64,000 nucleotides of DNA from Macrostomum lignano. Lineage: Eukaryota. Of the stretch, positions 61,211 through 64,000 are shown piece after piece (the stretch's first letter is position 1; each line of letters opens with the position of its first letter). The stretch lies in NCBI GenBank assembly GCA_002269645.1, contig NIVC01003111.1, positions 1 to 64,000 on the forward strand, read 5' to 3'. The translations under genes and the position numbers were made by a program. The notes below the pieces were generated by a model. The model ran no database searches and was not told the origin of the DNA. It saw only the letters and a program-made list of their open reading frames with translations.

Positions 61211-63388
61211 AGCTTTGAATGAAGGCAGAACAGGCCAGAAACCCCATATGAACACAGAGGTTGGCGCCCTGCCTAGCAAACCTCTGCAGGCTGTACTATT
61301 ATTGGCTAGTCAAGAGCTGGCTGGGGTTAGAAAGCCCAGAAAGCCAGATAGACCAGAAACTTGGCTGCCCTACTACAATTTTTTTTGCTTCGATCCGTCT
61401 GTGCAAGCTGTTTACCGCGCGCTCGGCTCTAATCTACTGAGCCAGTAAAACCCGATTCTAAGCGGTTTCTGGCGCAAAAAAGTGAATTGAAGGCAGTTTC
61501 CAGACAGTCAGTCGGATGCAGACCACTGAATAGAGTAGGAAAAATATATATTCACGGGTGAGGCGCTTCTTTCATCATCATCCGATTCACGGGGCGATGG
61601 GTTTGTTATTGAAGTGCAGTTTGAGCAAGAAAGCCGGATTTTTTAAAAGTACATAATCATAATTCATAATTGTATTCTCGCTTTTTAAACTCTATTTATA
61701 ATTCAGTAAACATTATGAGAGCGCAAAGAGAAAAAATACACACTGTGTAACGTCTAGAAGGGAAGCAAACGTCTTTTAAGTTTTGTTAAGTTATCAAAGA
61801 AGGTCACTAATGTATTAATGAAGTTTCATCCGTTGGCAGGAAAAATCACAGGCCTACAGATTTCCAATACGAGCTATGTCCTAATCATCATTCAAAATCA
61901 CCTTCACCTGCTACTTAGCAGCCGCGGAAATTGTAACATCTGGGTGTTGTGCAGCATGCTATTTTTCCAGTGGATAAAAGTTCTTTCTGCCATTATTTAT
62001 CTCTAGCCAGTAGAAAGTAACGCACCAATGTCGGAAACTATTTTTACATGTACGTAGTTTCTATTGCACAAGCTTTTGCTATTGGCTGGTATTTTCAGAA
62101 AGAGGAGTAAGTGGGTGTTTCTGTTTACCACTGCACCGCGAGGTCAGACGGTACAGAGCCCGGTGAGCCATGTGTTCCATGCAAATTTCCAACTGCCGTC
62201 AACACTATAGCTGCCTATCTATGCATTTCTGCGACTAGGTTACATAGCAGCGGTATCTCAAAGCGCTCGCATTGATCTGTTTGCAGGGACAGAGAATCGT
62301 AAGAACTGAAAAGTCTGCGCTGTTCTTCGCTCGTAGCTGTGACCTTATTTACAATAAAATAGCACAGCGTATCTGATAATATCTTATCTCGTCAGGAGCC
62401 TGACGATGCCTGACGCGAGGCGAAACATGCAGCATAACAAAAAATGATAGCACTCACGTTCTTAATTTTGCTTTTCATCAGACGCGAAACTTTGCCACAA
62501 TACTGATAATATCAATATTCTCTATAGTAACAGAGGACTTTCATGAACGAATACTTTTAGGAGAAGAAAACCTGCGCTTCAAAAGATTCTTTTAATTGTA
62601 TGATACAGACCTTTCACTCGACAGCATCGAGGATCTCAGCGAATACGAGTAAACTGCATGGTCACTCAATAATTTTCTCCGAGTCTACACGTTAACCTAG
62701 TTCTTCTCTGGTTGCAGTGAATTTGTAGCGCAGAGCTTTCTCTCTCTGAAGTAAGTCAATGGCCAGATTTGTGCACCATGAACTGCACACAGGCACTACT
62801 TCACCAAAACTGCCTGTTGGCAACCTGCAGCCAACAGCAGCAGGTGGCTCAGCCAAGACTTCGGCAAGACTCTCTCTTTCCAAGCCAGGCTTCCAACCGG
62901 ATGGTGCCTGCCCTGATGTCGCATCTGCCCATTGAAATATAAGCATGTAGAGAGACTTAACTGGCATGTTCCACAGGCAGAGACGATGGGAACACTATTC
63001 GAAGATTTGGATGTCTCACTGACGAAATCTTATGGAATACCGTTTGACACCGGCGGAACAAGCAAGACAGAAAACGCTTTCTATCTAAATTCTTGCATAC
63101 CATCTGTCCAGGCAGATACGCTGAGACTCGCTTCTGTGGCCGTTGAGCAATTATTTTTACAGGTGCTACGGCGACTGCTAAATTGAAAATAGAAAACGTC
63201 TCAAATATCAATACTTTGATGGTTTTCTTAACTTTCTTTCCTTTGAAGTTCCCTCGAATAGTCAAAGAGCACCGGATGGTCCTGGGCGTCTTCGCGCACC
63301 TGAGATCAGACAGACTCGGACACAAAAATAGAGAGAAGAGATATTTTTCTGCTATCAAACGGGCGCATTATCTAGTTAAAATTCTGCT

Positions 63389-63533
63389 CCCAATCAGGAC
63401 GTGAGATATGGGAATGTTGGATTTCTTCAGGCCTAGTCGTCTTAGTGTCGTTGGCGCCCAATCGGGACGTGAGATATGGGAATGTTGGATTTCTTCAGGC
63501 CTAGTCGTCTTAGTGTCGTTGGCGCTCAATCGG
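63389..63533. repeat. 68-bp tandem duplication (2 copies plus 9 bp)
   Basis: CCCAATC(A/G)GGACGTGAGATATGGGAATG...GTTGGCG at 63389 and 63457. Confidence 0.9.
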
Positions 63534-64000
63534 AGTTGCTAATTGTACAGCAGAAAATATTTCTCTGCGTTATTCTCTGCAAATAATATTCTTACAAGGT
63601 CCCTTGTCGAAAAAAATAGAGAATTTCTCCGACTTGAGATTTCGAATGCACGCCTGGTTTGTAACTCCCACAAAGGCGATCTCGCCATTCGAGAAGGCAG
63701 ATCTCGCCATTTTTTTAGCCATGACTGGAACTCACAATAAGTGATATCTATCACAGATCTGGAGCCATTCCAAGTCGATTTCTGTAGTTTCAAAGGTGAA
63801 AGCTAATTAAACAGGCTGTTTATGCAGGACAGAGTAGGTATGTAATCAGACCGTCTCAGACGCTTCAGAAAATTCACTGCTTGTCCAACTGCTTCAGAAT
63901 TGCAAAGCTTCATCGGATCCAATTTTGAGCGGTTCTATTCGGCGAAAATTTTCTTTTTCTTATATTGTGCTCCAGTGTATTTCACAGTCGAGTAAAAAAT

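Noticed and set aside
298-63533. CRISPR array or prokaryotic defence system
   Set aside because: All repeats are head-to-tail without unique spacers, no cas-like ORFs are present, and the DNA is intron-containing eukaryotic sequence.

Overview
Eukaryotic (animal) genomic DNA with spliceosomal introns (mostly 65-600 nt), GC-rich exons and TTAGGG-type telomeric repeat; an invertebrate such as a free-living flatworm is plausible but cannot be proven from sequence. About 54 kb is a cluster of three paralogous ~2,700-aa IP3-receptor-like intracellular Ca2+ release channel genes sharing one 39-exon structure. Gene 1 (+, exons 13-39, 222-16511) has its 5' end upstream of the window and lies tail-to-tail with gene 2 (-, 34315-17818), which is in tandem with gene 3 (-, 54534-36033). 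These are non-canonical: the pore filter is GLIAGIYD rather than GLRSGGGVGD, several IP3- and Ca2+-coordinating residues are substituted, and some motifs are RyR-like, suggesting the poorly characterised IP3R-B branch. The paralogs are a patchwork of near-identical GC-rich tracts (gene conversion, sometimes including whole introns) and short paralog-specific hypervariable cassettes; gene 1 has two tandem 66-nt exons where the others have one. Eight single-base deletions in homopolymers interrupt the reading frames, most likely long-read consensus errors. Also present: a PP1 glycogen-targeting subunit gene (PPP1R3-like, CBM21; 60445-59267), a decayed piggyBac, two tRNA-derived SINE copies, a 960-bp GGGATC satellite filling one intron, an interstitial telomeric array, a 30-bp minisatellite, and a speculative micro-exon gene near 62-63 kb.
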